From Candidatus Cyclobacteriaceae bacterium M3_2C_046 (GTDB lineage: Bacteria; Bacteroidota; Bacteroidia; Cytophagales; Cyclobacteriaceae): a DNA stretch of 64,000 nt. The DNA lies in contig JBPRGG010000177.1 in assembly GCA_051418075.1 (NCBI GenBank), forward strand, positions 22,749 to 86,748, written 5' to 3'. A program made the translations under genes and the position numbers. The notes beneath the pieces were generated by a model, which had not been told where the DNA came from, did not search any database, and saw only the letters and a list, made by a program, of their open reading frames with translations. Of the stretch, positions 51,132 to 60,291 are shown piece by piece (the first letter of the stretch is position 1; each line of letters opens with the position of its first letter).

Positions 51132-51944
51132 ATGGATTTTGATATTATAGATTTTGAAGAAGATGTTATAAAACTAAGTTATAACAAACCGGTACTGGTG
51201 GACTTCTGGGCACCCTGGTGCGGTCCCTGTAAAATTATCGGTCCTGTTCTGGAAAGACTGGCTCAAAATGCCCAGGGAAGCTGGGAACTGAGAAAACTAA
51301 ATGTGGATGAGAACCAGGATTTGGCTACTGCTTTTCAGGTAAGAAGCATTCCTACTGTAAAACTTTTTATAGAGGGAGAGGTGGTCAATGAGTTTGCCGG
51401 AGCCTTACCGGAAGTTCAAATTGAAAAATGGCTAAAAGATAACATTCCTTCGGAGGAGGACCATGCAGTGGAACAGGCAGAGCAGTGGATGCAGGAGGGG
51501 AAGACCAAAAAGGCTGTTACACTGATGGAAAAAATCCTGAAGGAGCAACCTGATCATGCCAAGGCAGCTTTTATGTTGGGCCAGGTCTACCTGTTTGATC
51601 ATCCGGAGAAAGCTCTGGACTATTTGAAAGTGGCCGAAATGGCACCGGAGTTTCTGGATCAGGCAATTTATCTTAAAAAGATACCAGAACTGATCTCTTT
51701 AGCCCGACGACCGGATCAACTGGAAGATCATCCGGTGAAGCCGGCATTTCTGGAAGGCTTAAAAGGTCTGGCAGATCAGCACATAGACCTGGCTTTACAA
51801 AAGTTTATTGAGGTAATAATGAAGTACAAAGCTTACCATAATGAATTAGCCCGGGAAGCCTGTATTGCCATATTCTTTTATCTGGGTCCCCAACATGATC
51901 TGACCAGAAAGTACCGCAGAAGGTTTGATATGGCTCTTTACTAA
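51132..51944 (+). CDS. thioredoxin-domain protein with a C-terminal TPR-like domain (YbbN/CnoX-like)
   Basis: WAPWCGPCK thioredoxin active site, followed by helical repeats. Confidence 0.75.
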   Translation: MDFDIIDFEEDVIKLSYNKPVLVDFWAPWCGPCKIIGPVLERLAQNAQGSWELRKLNVDENQDLATAFQVRSIPTVKLFIEGEVVNEFAGALPEVQIEKWLKDNIPSEEDHAVEQAEQWMQEGKTKKAVTLMEKILKEQPDHAKAAFMLGQVYLFDHPEKALDYLKVAEMAPEFLDQAIYLKKIPELISLARRPDQLEDHPVKPAFLEGLKGLADQHIDLALQKFIEVIMKYKAYHNELAREACIAIFFYLGPQHDLTRKYRRRFDMALY

Positions 51945-52065
51945 TAGTTAGGTCAATCATTTTATGGCCAATCGGGTAATGATATAAACCAAAAAATCTA
52001 ATTTGATTGAAATGATATTTAACTCTTTTTTTCTAGTTAAAAAGCATTTGCCTGGCAAATCTGGA

Positions 52066-54897
52066 ATGTTCCTGCTGGTTTTGCTACTATTTACCTCGAA
52101 TGAATTTGTAAATGCCCAGCCCGAATTGGTGTTAGAGAATAACCCGATCAGGATTGACTGGAAACAGGTGAATACCCCTCATTTCAGGATATTGTTTCAG
52201 GAAGGTAATATGGCTGAAGCTTTAAGAACGGCCAATGTGTTGGAAACTTTATATTACCCTGTCTCAGCCTCCCTGGATCAGGAACCACAGAAAATATCAG
52301 TATTACTGCAAAATCGCAGTTCAGAATCCAATGCTTTTGTTACAGTAGGACCCAGAAGATCCGAATTTTACACCATGCCTCCCCAGGATTATAATTTTCT
52401 GGGGAATAATGAATGGATCGATTTGCTGGCAGTACATGAATTCCGGCATGTGGTGCAATATGAAAAAAGCAAAACCGGTTTTAATAAGCTGTTTTATTAC
52501 TTGTTTGGGGAAGATGCCTATGGTGGCTTTGCCCAGTTGGCCATGCCTTCCTGGTTTTGGGAAGGAGATGCAGTAGGTATCGAAACCGCACTTACCCCTG
52601 GTGGCAGAGGGCGAATCCCTAATTTTGACCTGGTTTTTCGTACCAATTTATTAACCAGAGGGCCATTTGATTATTCCAAACAGCATTTAAGATCCTTCAA
52701 GCATTATGTACCCGACCATTATGTGACCGGCTATTTTATGACAACTCATGTCAGACGTAACTTTGGGCGAGATATCTGGAGTGATATTTCTGAAAGAGCC
52801 TGGAAAGCGCCTTTTTTGCCCTGGCGACTTTCAAGGGCATTAAGACTGGAAACCGGTAAAAACCTGACCCAGACCTATTGGTCCATGATCGATGAACTGG
52901 ATTCGCTTTGGCACTGGCAGTTGGAAGGCCTGGAGATCATTGATACTGAACCAATAAAAGTTGAAAAATCAAATACATTTACCAATTACCGATATCCTCA
53001 GGCCATTGCCCAAAACCAGGTGATCGCCTTAAAGAATGGGATTGGTGATATAGACGAATTTGTTCTGCTGGATCAGCATGGCAATGAAGAAAAGGTATTT
53101 ACCCCGGGCATCATGAATAATACAGGCATGTTATCAGTACAAGCTGGTAAAATTGCCTGGAATGAGTATACCTTTCATCCACGTTGGCGGGCTGAAAACT
53201 ACAGTGTGATCAAGGTACATGATATTCAAACAGGTAAAACCAATCAGATCACGCATCGTTCCCGTTATGCCTCAGCAGCTTTATCCCATGACGGAAGCAA
53301 AATAGTAACTGTTCTTACCACCGGGGAAGGCAAATTTCAGTTGGTAGTTTTGAATACAGAAAACGGACAGGTAGTGAAAACATTCGACAATCCGGACAAT
53401 GATTTTTACCTTACCCCCCGGTTTTCGCAGGATGGCAGGCAAATTGTTACCATCAGGCAAAGGGATGGGGCGAAAACTATTGCCCTGGTGGATTATGCTA
53501 CCGGAGAATTTAGGGATTTATGGCCACCCAACAATGAAAATATAGGATACCCGGTGCTTTATGATCATTATGTTTTCTATAATTCTCCCTATTCCGGAAT
53601 AGATAATGTTTATGCCTATGACCTGAATACCAACCAGAAATTTCAGGTTACATCCAGAAAGTATGGCGCTTATAATGCATCGGTTTCACCAGATGGAGCT
53701 TACATCTTCTTTAATGACTTTAGCCAGGATGGAATGGATGTAGTAAGATTGGCTTTTAATCCATCCCAATGGCAGCCTTTGCCAAAAGTAGAAGTTCGTA
53801 AAGTGGCTTATTATGAACCTTTGATCGAGCAGGAAGGAAATCCGGATATCCTGGACCAGGTGACGGAAAAGGATTATCCTGTTTCGGACTACAAGCTGAT
53901 TTCAGGAATTATCAATCCCTATGCCTGGGGACCTTATATTTCTACCTCTATCAATGAAGTTTTTTTAGGAATCTCCTCCCAGGATGTTCTAAGTACCACC
54001 GCTATTTCAGCCGGATATGAGTATGATGCCAATGAAAATACAGGGAAATGGTTAGGCAGGGTAAGTTTTCAGGCTTTGTATCCTATTATTGATGTTACAG
54101 TAGACAGCCAGGACCGAAATGTAAATGATATTATTGAAGGAAGGGAAGTCAATTTTCAATGGAATGAAAAAACCCTTAATGTGGGTTTGCGTTTACCTTT
54201 TAACTTCACCAATTCAAAATATTGGGAAAGACTGAATGTAAGTACCAATGGCATATTTACCCGGGCAGAGGATGTGCAATTTGAAACCGGCGGGCAAACC
54301 GGAGAGATCATAGACTCAGACGGATATCTGAACGCGTTGAGATATCGGATTCAATATCAACGTCAATTAAAACAAAGTCAACGTGATATCCGCAGCCGTT
54401 GGGGGCAGGGTTTATATGCCCAATATACCCATACACCATTGGGAGGTGAATTTACAGGTATGCAATTTTCAGCCCAAGGTTTATTGCTGTTCCCGGGCTT
54501 ATTCAGACATCATTCCCTGTTGTTGAGAGCGAATACTCAGCTGATGAAAGATTATACATTTAATAACGCCATTACATTCCCCCGGGGTTATCCTTTTTTG
54601 GCTTTCGAGGAATATTATGGAGGCAGTGTAGAATATGCACTTCCACTATGGTATCCTGATATTAATTTTTCTTCGCTGATCAATTTTCAACGTATTAAGT
54701 CCAATTTCTTTTATGACCGTGGCTGGGGACAATCCGGAGATTTCAGCCAGGACCTAAATTCATTAGGATTGGAGCTTACAGCAGATGTGAATTTCTTAAG
54801 AATTCTTTTGCTTTGGGAGATTGGAGTAAGGTATAGCTTTAATCCAGCGACCAATACTGGAGTAGCCAGTTTTATGTTGGGCAGCTTTGGTTTTTGA
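52066..54897 (+). CDS. large exported protein with an HExxH motif, TolB/PD40-like beta-propeller repeats and a C-terminal aromatic residue
   Basis: Signal peptide from the ATG at 52066 (MFLLVLLLFTSNEFVNAQP). HEFRHVVQYE; repeated SHDGSKIVTV / SQDGRQIVTI / SPDGAYIFF blades; terminal ...SFMLGSFGF. Confidence 0.6.
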   Translation: MFLLVLLLFTSNEFVNAQPELVLENNPIRIDWKQVNTPHFRILFQEGNMAEALRTANVLETLYYPVSASLDQEPQKISVLLQNRSSESNAFVTVGPRRSEFYTMPPQDYNFLGNNEWIDLLAVHEFRHVVQYEKSKTGFNKLFYYLFGEDAYGGFAQLAMPSWFWEGDAVGIETALTPGGRGRIPNFDLVFRTNLLTRGPFDYSKQHLRSFKHYVPDHYVTGYFMTTHVRRNFGRDIWSDISERAWKAPFLPWRLSRALRLETGKNLTQTYWSMIDELDSLWHWQLEGLEIIDTEPIKVEKSNTFTNYRYPQAIAQNQVIALKNGIGDIDEFVLLDQHGNEEKVFTPGIMNNTGMLSVQAGKIAWNEYTFHPRWRAENYSVIKVHDIQTGKTNQITHRSRYASAALSHDGSKIVTVLTTGEGKFQLVVLNTENGQVVKTFDNPDNDFYLTPRFSQDGRQIVTIRQRDGAKTIALVDYATGEFRDLWPPNNENIGYPVLYDHYVFYNSPYSGIDNVYAYDLNTNQKFQVTSRKYGAYNASVSPDGAYIFFNDFSQDGMDVVRLAFNPSQWQPLPKVEVRKVAYYEPLIEQEGNPDILDQVTEKDYPVSDYKLISGIINPYAWGPYISTSINEVFLGISSQDVLSTTAISAGYEYDANENTGKWLGRVSFQALYPIIDVTVDSQDRNVNDIIEGREVNFQWNEKTLNVGLRLPFNFTNSKYWERLNVSTNGIFTRAEDVQFETGGQTGEIIDSDGYLNALRYRIQYQRQLKQSQRDIRSRWGQGLYAQYTHTPLGGEFTGMQFSAQGLLLFPGLFRHHSLLLRANTQLMKDYTFNNAITFPRGYPFLAFEEYYGGSVEYALPLWYPDINFSSLINFQRIKSNFFYDRGWGQSGDFSQDLNSLGLELTADVNFLRILLLWEIGVRYSFNPATNTGVASFMLGSFGF

Positions 54898-55077
54898 AAT
54901 AAAATCCTAAACAAAAATACTGTTTTTCAAGATATATTATGGACCCTTAGAAGGTTCATTTGATATCTTTTGAATAGCTTGGTTTGGGGCCACTTAAATA
55001 TGTAATTTTATTTGAATATAGAATAATAAAAACTATTTTTGAGCACTTAAATTTTTTAACAATATTAATTCAAATCT

Positions 55078-55650
55078 ATGGCTGAAGTAATTAGAATGCC
55101 GAAAATGAGTGATACAATGGAGGAAGGGGTGATCGCTGCCTGGCATGTCAAAGTAGGGGATGAAGTTAAATCCGGTGATATTCTGGCCGAAGTTGAAACG
55201 GATAAAGCTACCATGGAACTGGAATCATACGAAGAGGGGGTATTACTGCACATCGGAGTGGAAGAGAAGGATTCAGTACCTGTAGATGGTGTTATTGCTA
55301 TAATAGGAGAGAAGGACGAAAATATTGATGATTTATTGAAAGACCTGGAAAAGGGAGATAAAGCAGAAACAAAAGTAGAAGGAAGTAAACCAGCAGAGGA
55401 AGAGCCAGCGGATGAAGTGGATGCCTCTGATGTGAATGCCAGCCTGATCTTAATGCCTAAAATGAGTGATACCATGACTGAAGGCACTATTGCCTCCTGG
55501 CAAAAGAAAGTGGGGGATGAGGTAAAATCAGGAGATATTCTGGCAGAAATAGAAACGGATAAAGCTACCATGGAATTGGAGGCTTATGAAGATGGCACCT
55601 TATTATATATTGGAGCCGATGAAGGATCTTCGGTAGCAGTAGATGAGGCA
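55078..55650 (+). repeat. tandem duplication of the lipoyl-domain coding segment within the E2 gene
   Basis: Two about 75% identical stretches of roughly 190 nt (55078-55270 and 55447-55640), each encoding PKMSDTM...GDILAE.ETDKATMELE. Confidence 0.6.
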
Positions 55651-56748
55651 ATTGCCATAATAGGAGAAAAGGGAGCTGATTATGAGAAGCTTTTAAAATC
55701 ACATAAGGCAAAAGGAGGTAAGGAAAAGAAAGAAGAAAAAAGCGAACTGGATCAATTGGTAGGAAAAGAGCCTGCTCCTGAGCCGGCCAAGGCTGAATCA
55801 AGTGCACCTAAAGCTCAGCCTGCGCCCGCAGTTTCCGAAAGTGCCTCTTCCGGAGAAGATGGACGGTTAAAGGTATCACCTTTGGCCCGGAAAATTGCCC
55901 AGGAAAAAGGTTATGATCTGGCAAATATCAAGGGAAGCGGTGATAATGGAAGGATAATCAAACGGGATGTTGAAGCATATGAGCCTCAACCTGAACCTGC
56001 TCCGGCTGCCCAGGAAAAAGCTGATCAGGGCAAACCATCCTTTACCCTGCCTGAAGTAGTCGGTGAAGAAAAGTTTGAGGAGGTTAATGTTTCCCAGATG
56101 AGGAAAACCATTGCCAAAAGACTGGCTGAAAGTAAATACACAGCCCCGCATTTTTATTTGACCATGGAAATCAACATGGATAGGGCGGTGGAAGCCAGAA
56201 AAAGCCTTAATGATTTTTCACCGGTGAAGATTTCATTTAATGATATCATTCTTAAAGCCGCTGCCGCAGCTTTACGTCAGCATCCGAAAGTAAATGCTTC
56301 CTGGCAGGGAGATAAGATTCGCAGGAACAAACATATCCATATAGGAGTGGCTGTAGCTGTCGAAGAAGGCCTTTTAGTCCCCGTTGTACGGTTTGCTGAC
56401 AATAAATCCCTGGCTCATATTGCGGCAGAGGTAAAAGAACTAGGACAGAAAGCAAAAAATAAACAGTTACAACCTAAAGAATGGGAGGGGAATACTTTTT
56501 CCATTTCCAATTTAGGAATGTTTGGTATAGAGGAATTTACCGCTATCATCAATCCTCCGGATTCATGTATTTTAGCAGTCGGAGGAATTAAACAAACACC
56601 GATTGTAAAAGAGGGGGAAATGAAAATCGGTCATGTAATGAAAGTGACCCTTTCCTGTGACCATAGAGTGGTAGATGGTGCTACCGGGGCTGCTTTTCTG
56701 CAGACTTTGAAAGGATTGCTGGAAGATCCGATCAGGATCATGATTTAG
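55078..56748 (+). CDS. dihydrolipoamide acetyltransferase (E2) of the pyruvate/2-oxoacid dehydrogenase complex, two lipoyl domains
   Basis: Two lipoyl-lysine sites (ETDKATMELE), an Ala/Pro-rich linker, a peripheral-subunit-binding domain (VSPLARKIAQEKGYDL) and the catalytic SCDHRVVDGA. Confidence 0.9.
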   Translation: MAEVIRMPKMSDTMEEGVIAAWHVKVGDEVKSGDILAEVETDKATMELESYEEGVLLHIGVEEKDSVPVDGVIAIIGEKDENIDDLLKDLEKGDKAETKVEGSKPAEEEPADEVDASDVNASLILMPKMSDTMTEGTIASWQKKVGDEVKSGDILAEIETDKATMELEAYEDGTLLYIGADEGSSVAVDEAIAIIGEKGADYEKLLKSHKAKGGKEKKEEKSELDQLVGKEPAPEPAKAESSAPKAQPAPAVSESASSGEDGRLKVSPLARKIAQEKGYDLANIKGSGDNGRIIKRDVEAYEPQPEPAPAAQEKADQGKPSFTLPEVVGEEKFEEVNVSQMRKTIAKRLAESKYTAPHFYLTMEINMDRAVEARKSLNDFSPVKISFNDIILKAAAAALRQHPKVNASWQGDKIRRNKHIHIGVAVAVEEGLLVPVVRFADNKSLAHIAAEVKELGQKAKNKQLQPKEWEGNTFSISNLGMFGIEEFTAIINPPDSCILAVGGIKQTPIVKEGEMKIGHVMKVTLSCDHRVVDGATGAAFLQTLKGLLEDPIRIMI

Positions 56749-56798
56749 AATTTTTAACTTTATCCCGATAGTAAAACAGAATTTTTTGATATAAACTT

Positions 56799-57338
56799 AT
56801 GATAGAAATTAAATCTACCACTGTAATAGCCATTATGCACAACAATCAGGTGGCTATTGGCGCTGATGGACAGGCAACTATGGGTAACACAGTGGCAAAA
56901 AGTAACGTGAAGAAAATCAGAACTTTACAGGATGGAAAAATTTTAGCAGGTTTTGCCGGCTCCACAGCTGATGCCTTTACGCTACTGGAACGGTTTGATG
57001 AAAAGCTGGGCACCTATACCGGCAATATGAAACGTGCTGCCATTGAACTGGCTAAAGATTGGCGTATGGACAGGTTTTTAAGAAGACTGGAAGCTATGTT
57101 AATTGTTGCCAATAAAGAAGAATTGTTGATATTGTCGGGAACTGGCGATGTGCTGGAGCCAGATAATCAGATAGCTTCCATTGGGTCAGGTAGTATGTAT
57201 GCCCAGGCTGCTGCTACTGCCCTGAAGAAGCATGCTTCCCAAATGACGGCTGAGCAGATGGTAAAAGAGAGCCTAAGTATAGCTGCCGATATTTGCATTT
57301 ACACCAATCATAATATCATTTTAGAAAAAATTGATTGA
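56799..57338 (+). CDS. hslV: ATP-dependent protease subunit HslV
   Basis: N-terminal Thr nucleophile context TTVIAIMHNNQVAIGADGQATMGNTV; 179 aa. Confidence 0.9.
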   Translation: MIEIKSTTVIAIMHNNQVAIGADGQATMGNTVAKSNVKKIRTLQDGKILAGFAGSTADAFTLLERFDEKLGTYTGNMKRAAIELAKDWRMDRFLRRLEAMLIVANKEELLILSGTGDVLEPDNQIASIGSGSMYAQAAATALKKHASQMTAEQMVKESLSIAADICIYTNHNIILEKID

Positions 57339-57360
57339 TTTGTGTCTTTGAATCAATGTA

Positions 57361-57813
57361 TTATTTATCTCCATTCGTGTCGTGATGACTTAATTCTGCA
57401 ATCAAGTCATGTTGTTCCTGTAGCCAATGATACAAAGGGATGATCTCTTCCTGAGTTTCCGGATTCAGATGGGTTTTTAATAATTTTTTCCAATTCTCAA
57501 ACTGAGCAGGCCAATAGTCCAGGTGAAACCCATGGTTTTGGTATACTTTATAAACCCATACTACTGTTTCAGCATATACTTTCGGATCGAAATTAAGGAT
57601 CATGCTGGCCATGAACCGGGCATGGTTTTCATGATTGTTTTTCATCATAGAAAGATTTTCATGACCTATCATGGCCATGATCCCTGGCTGTGCTACCATC
57701 TCCTGGTTCATTTCTGCCACTAATTGATCTCTGATACTATTATATTCATAGAATGATTGCAGGGAAGGAGGTTTGATCTTTTCTGCTGATTCTACAAGTA
57801 ATTCTAAAGCCAT
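57361..57813 (-). CDS. hypothetical protein (150 aa), last gene of a four-gene minus-strand operon
   Basis: Starts 8 nt after the upstream histidine kinase stop; no motif recognised. Confidence 0.45.
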   Translation of the reverse strand: MALELLVESAEKIKPPSLQSFYEYNSIRDQLVAEMNQEMVAQPGIMAMIGHENLSMMKNNHENHARFMASMILNFDPKVYAETVVWVYKVYQNHGFHLDYWPAQFENWKKLLKTHLNPETQEEIIPLYHWLQEQHDLIAELSHHDTNGDK

Positions 57814-57820
57814 CTCTTTA

Positions 57821-58993
57821 CTATTTATTGTTTATTTCTTTATGATTCTTTACCGGTAAGGAAAAATAAAAGGTAGAACCTAGGTTTAATTTGCTTTCTA
57901 CCCAAATTTTGCCGCCATGAGAACTAACGATCTTTTTAACTATGGATAAACCCAATCCGGTACTTTTTTCCCCGGAAGTGGGTCTGACGCTGGTCCGGCT
58001 AAAAGGGAAAAAAAGTTTTTCAAGTTCATTTTCCGGAATCCCGGGACCTTGATCTTTGACAAATAAAGTGTAAATATCACCAGTTTGCATTATCCCAATT
58101 CGTACCTGGCTGCCATCGGGTGAAAACTTGATGGCATTGTTTACCAGGTTGTCTAACACTTGCTGGATGGCAGTCCGGTCAACTTCCATCAAGTCAAAAT
58201 CCTGATGAATTTCTGACAACAGTTCAATATTCTTGAGTTGGGCCTGATAATGATTAAATTCTATACAGGTACTAATGATCTTAGTGATGTCTACCTGTTC
58301 CAGCTTCAGATTGAGTTTGCCAGAATCAAGTTTGGCCAGATCCAGCAAATCGTTCAACAATCTTAAACCAAAAGAGCTCAATGACTGGATAAGTTCAAGG
58401 AATTTTTTTTGGGCCTCAGTAAGTTGTGTCCCCAGTTCAGCCACTAAAAATTCACTTAATCTCAGGATATTTCCCAGGGGGTTTCTCAAATCATGAGCTG
58501 CTATACTTATAAACTGGTCCTTCATTTCATTCAGTTTTTGCCACTCGGCGTTTTTTCGGTAAAGCTCCCGGCTTAGATTATCCAGTTCATTATTAGATTG
58601 TAATAATTCTTTTTTCAGCATTTGATGTTCATCATAGTTTGACTCACCCAACATGATATAATGAGAAGCCTCCTCATAAAAAAAGCAATAGAAAGTTTCT
58701 GGTAGCATCTCTATGGTTATCAGATTCAATAGATGCTTTTCCATTTGCCCTTGATGGGAAACCAATTTATTTATATCAAAATTTTGGCCAAAATTCAGGA
58801 TGATATCTTGAATATTTTGGCCATTCAGATCCTGATGGATCAACTGTCGGGCAAAATTATTGGCCTGGACAATTTGACCATTGTTATCAAATTTGATAAA
58901 AATAAGATGGGCTTTTTGATCGATATAGTCAAAAAGTATGTCAGGCATATTGGGAATCCTTAAGGAAGTTTTCCAGGTTTGGTAATGAATCAA
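57821..58993 (-). CDS. cytoplasmic PAS-domain sensor histidine kinase
   Basis: H-box ISIAAHDLRNPLGNI; HATPase boxes DQGPGI and GLGLSIVKKIV; no TM segments. Overlaps the upstream B12-binding gene by 8-53 nt depending on the start used. Confidence 0.8.
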   Translation of the reverse strand: MIHYQTWKTSLRIPNMPDILFDYIDQKAHLIFIKFDNNGQIVQANNFARQLIHQDLNGQNIQDIILNFGQNFDINKLVSHQGQMEKHLLNLITIEMLPETFYCFFYEEASHYIMLGESNYDEHQMLKKELLQSNNELDNLSRELYRKNAEWQKLNEMKDQFISIAAHDLRNPLGNILRLSEFLVAELGTQLTEAQKKFLELIQSLSSFGLRLLNDLLDLAKLDSGKLNLKLEQVDITKIISTCIEFNHYQAQLKNIELLSEIHQDFDLMEVDRTAIQQVLDNLVNNAIKFSPDGSQVRIGIMQTGDIYTLFVKDQGPGIPENELEKLFFPFSRTSVRPTSGEKSTGLGLSIVKKIVSSHGGKIWVESKLNLGSTFYFSLPVKNHKEINNK

Positions 58994-59603
58994 TATACTT
59001 TACCTTCTCAAAGTCAGCAAGTATATTAAGACCTCCCCATTTAAAGGCCTGACCACCCACCATTATTAATTTATCAGGGAAGTCCTTCCGAATTGCTTCA
59101 ATGGTTTGGACTAACTTGGGTGTATTAGAAAAAATAGCCACAGAAAGGGCTATGACTTCGGGGTCTTTTTCTGCTATAAACTTTTTCAGGTCTTTTAAAG
59201 GTGTATTGGCCCCTAAGTAAAAGGATTTCCAGCCATTGAGTTCAAAGGTGTCAGCCACCATTTTACCGCCTATCTGATGATACTCATTAGCAATACAACT
59301 TACTACTGCCTTTTTGCCATTCTTATCTGTCGCAAATAAAAAAGGATAAAGCAAATTCATTAAACTGGAGGTAATGGAAGTGGCTAAATGTTCTACAGCA
59401 ACTGATATTTTATTATTCTCCCACAAGAGTCCGATTTCATAAAGAGATCGTTGGAAATAATCCAGGAATATGGTCATAACATCAGTTTGCTGTTCAATAA
59501 GGGTATTAACAATTTCACTACAGGCTTGCTTGTTGCCCTTTAATAAATGTTCCTTATAGATCTGATACAATTCTTCCCGGTTTTGATCCAAATTCATAAG
59601 CAT
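58941..59603 (-). CDS. standalone cobalamin (B12)-binding-domain protein (helical B12-binding_2 plus Rossmann B12-binding; AerR/CarH-C-terminal-like or corrinoid-protein-like)
   Basis: ExHxxG motif (ANEYHQIGG) followed about 40 aa later by ALSVAI and then MVGGQA, the canonical D/ExHxxG...SxL...GG corrinoid-binding pattern; 220 aa. Confidence 0.7.
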   Translation of the reverse strand: MLMNLDQNREELYQIYKEHLLKGNKQACSEIVNTLIEQQTDVMTIFLDYFQRSLYEIGLLWENNKISVAVEHLATSITSSLMNLLYPFLFATDKNGKKAVVSCIANEYHQIGGKMVADTFELNGWKSFYLGANTPLKDLKKFIAEKDPEVIALSVAIFSNTPKLVQTIEAIRKDFPDKLIMVGGQAFKWGGLNILADFEKVKYIDSLPNLENFLKDSQYA

Positions 59604-59605
59604 GA

Positions 59606-60211
59606 TTATTTTAAATTATATATCAAGACCTTAAATGTATTAAGACTAAATGAAGAAAGTTGATGCCAATTATCTAAATCTGTTTTCTGGCTGAATTTAA
59701 CAAATTCTCGTTTATAAATGTAATTTTTCAATAGTTCTTTATTTTCTGCTTTCATTAAAATAAAGTTTTCCTTCTGAAAATCATATTCCCAGGGGGTATG
59801 ATTGTGGCAAAAATAAAATTCATTATCAATCAGGTTTTGAAGATTACTGATCAATGGTTTCCGGTACAGGTCCAGAATGTTTCCGGACAGCATCAGGGTA
59901 GCTGAAAAAAAATGGCCCCACCAAAACATTATCCTAAAATTAAAGCTCCCTTCCCTGGTGAAATAGCGGGGCAGGTCCAGCACCAGATAGGGTAAGTTTT
60001 TGTAGTTTTCACCTTTTGATACTTTTCCTGATTTTTTTAAAACAGATTGGGGAAAATCGAAATCAATTTCATCTATAGAGCGTTTTATTATTTTCTCTGT
60101 ATCAATAAAGAGGTCAAAGATTTTTTGAGTGATCCTCTGTTTTGTCAATAAAAAATCACGATCATGTAAATAATTCAATTCTTTGGCTGAAAAAAGTACT
60201 GGATCTGGCAT
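59606..60211 (-). CDS. hypothetical protein (201 aa), first gene of the operon
   Basis: Ends 2 nt before the B12-binding gene start; aromatic-rich with no known motif. Confidence 0.45.
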   Translation of the reverse strand: MPDPVLFSAKELNYLHDRDFLLTKQRITQKIFDLFIDTEKIIKRSIDEIDFDFPQSVLKKSGKVSKGENYKNLPYLVLDLPRYFTREGSFNFRIMFWWGHFFSATLMLSGNILDLYRKPLISNLQNLIDNEFYFCHNHTPWEYDFQKENFILMKAENKELLKNYIYKREFVKFSQKTDLDNWHQLSSFSLNTFKVLIYNLK

Positions 60212-60291
60212 AAATTTGCAAAAATTTGTAACCTATTGGTGTAAAATGATACATTTGAAAAGTTAGTCAGCAAAATTTATATTTCAAAAAT

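Noticed and set aside
55065-55571. 168-aa ORF antisense to the E2 gene; similar antisense ORFs at 18200-18646, 926-1211, 31402-32026, 35498-36401 and 41325-41741
   Set aside because: They lie entirely inside, and opposite to, strongly supported genes (E2, PPase, CN hydrolase, flotillin, sulfatase, DctM). They have low-complexity or Ser/Ala-rich composition and no motifs, so they are likely artefacts of codon bias on the opposite strand.
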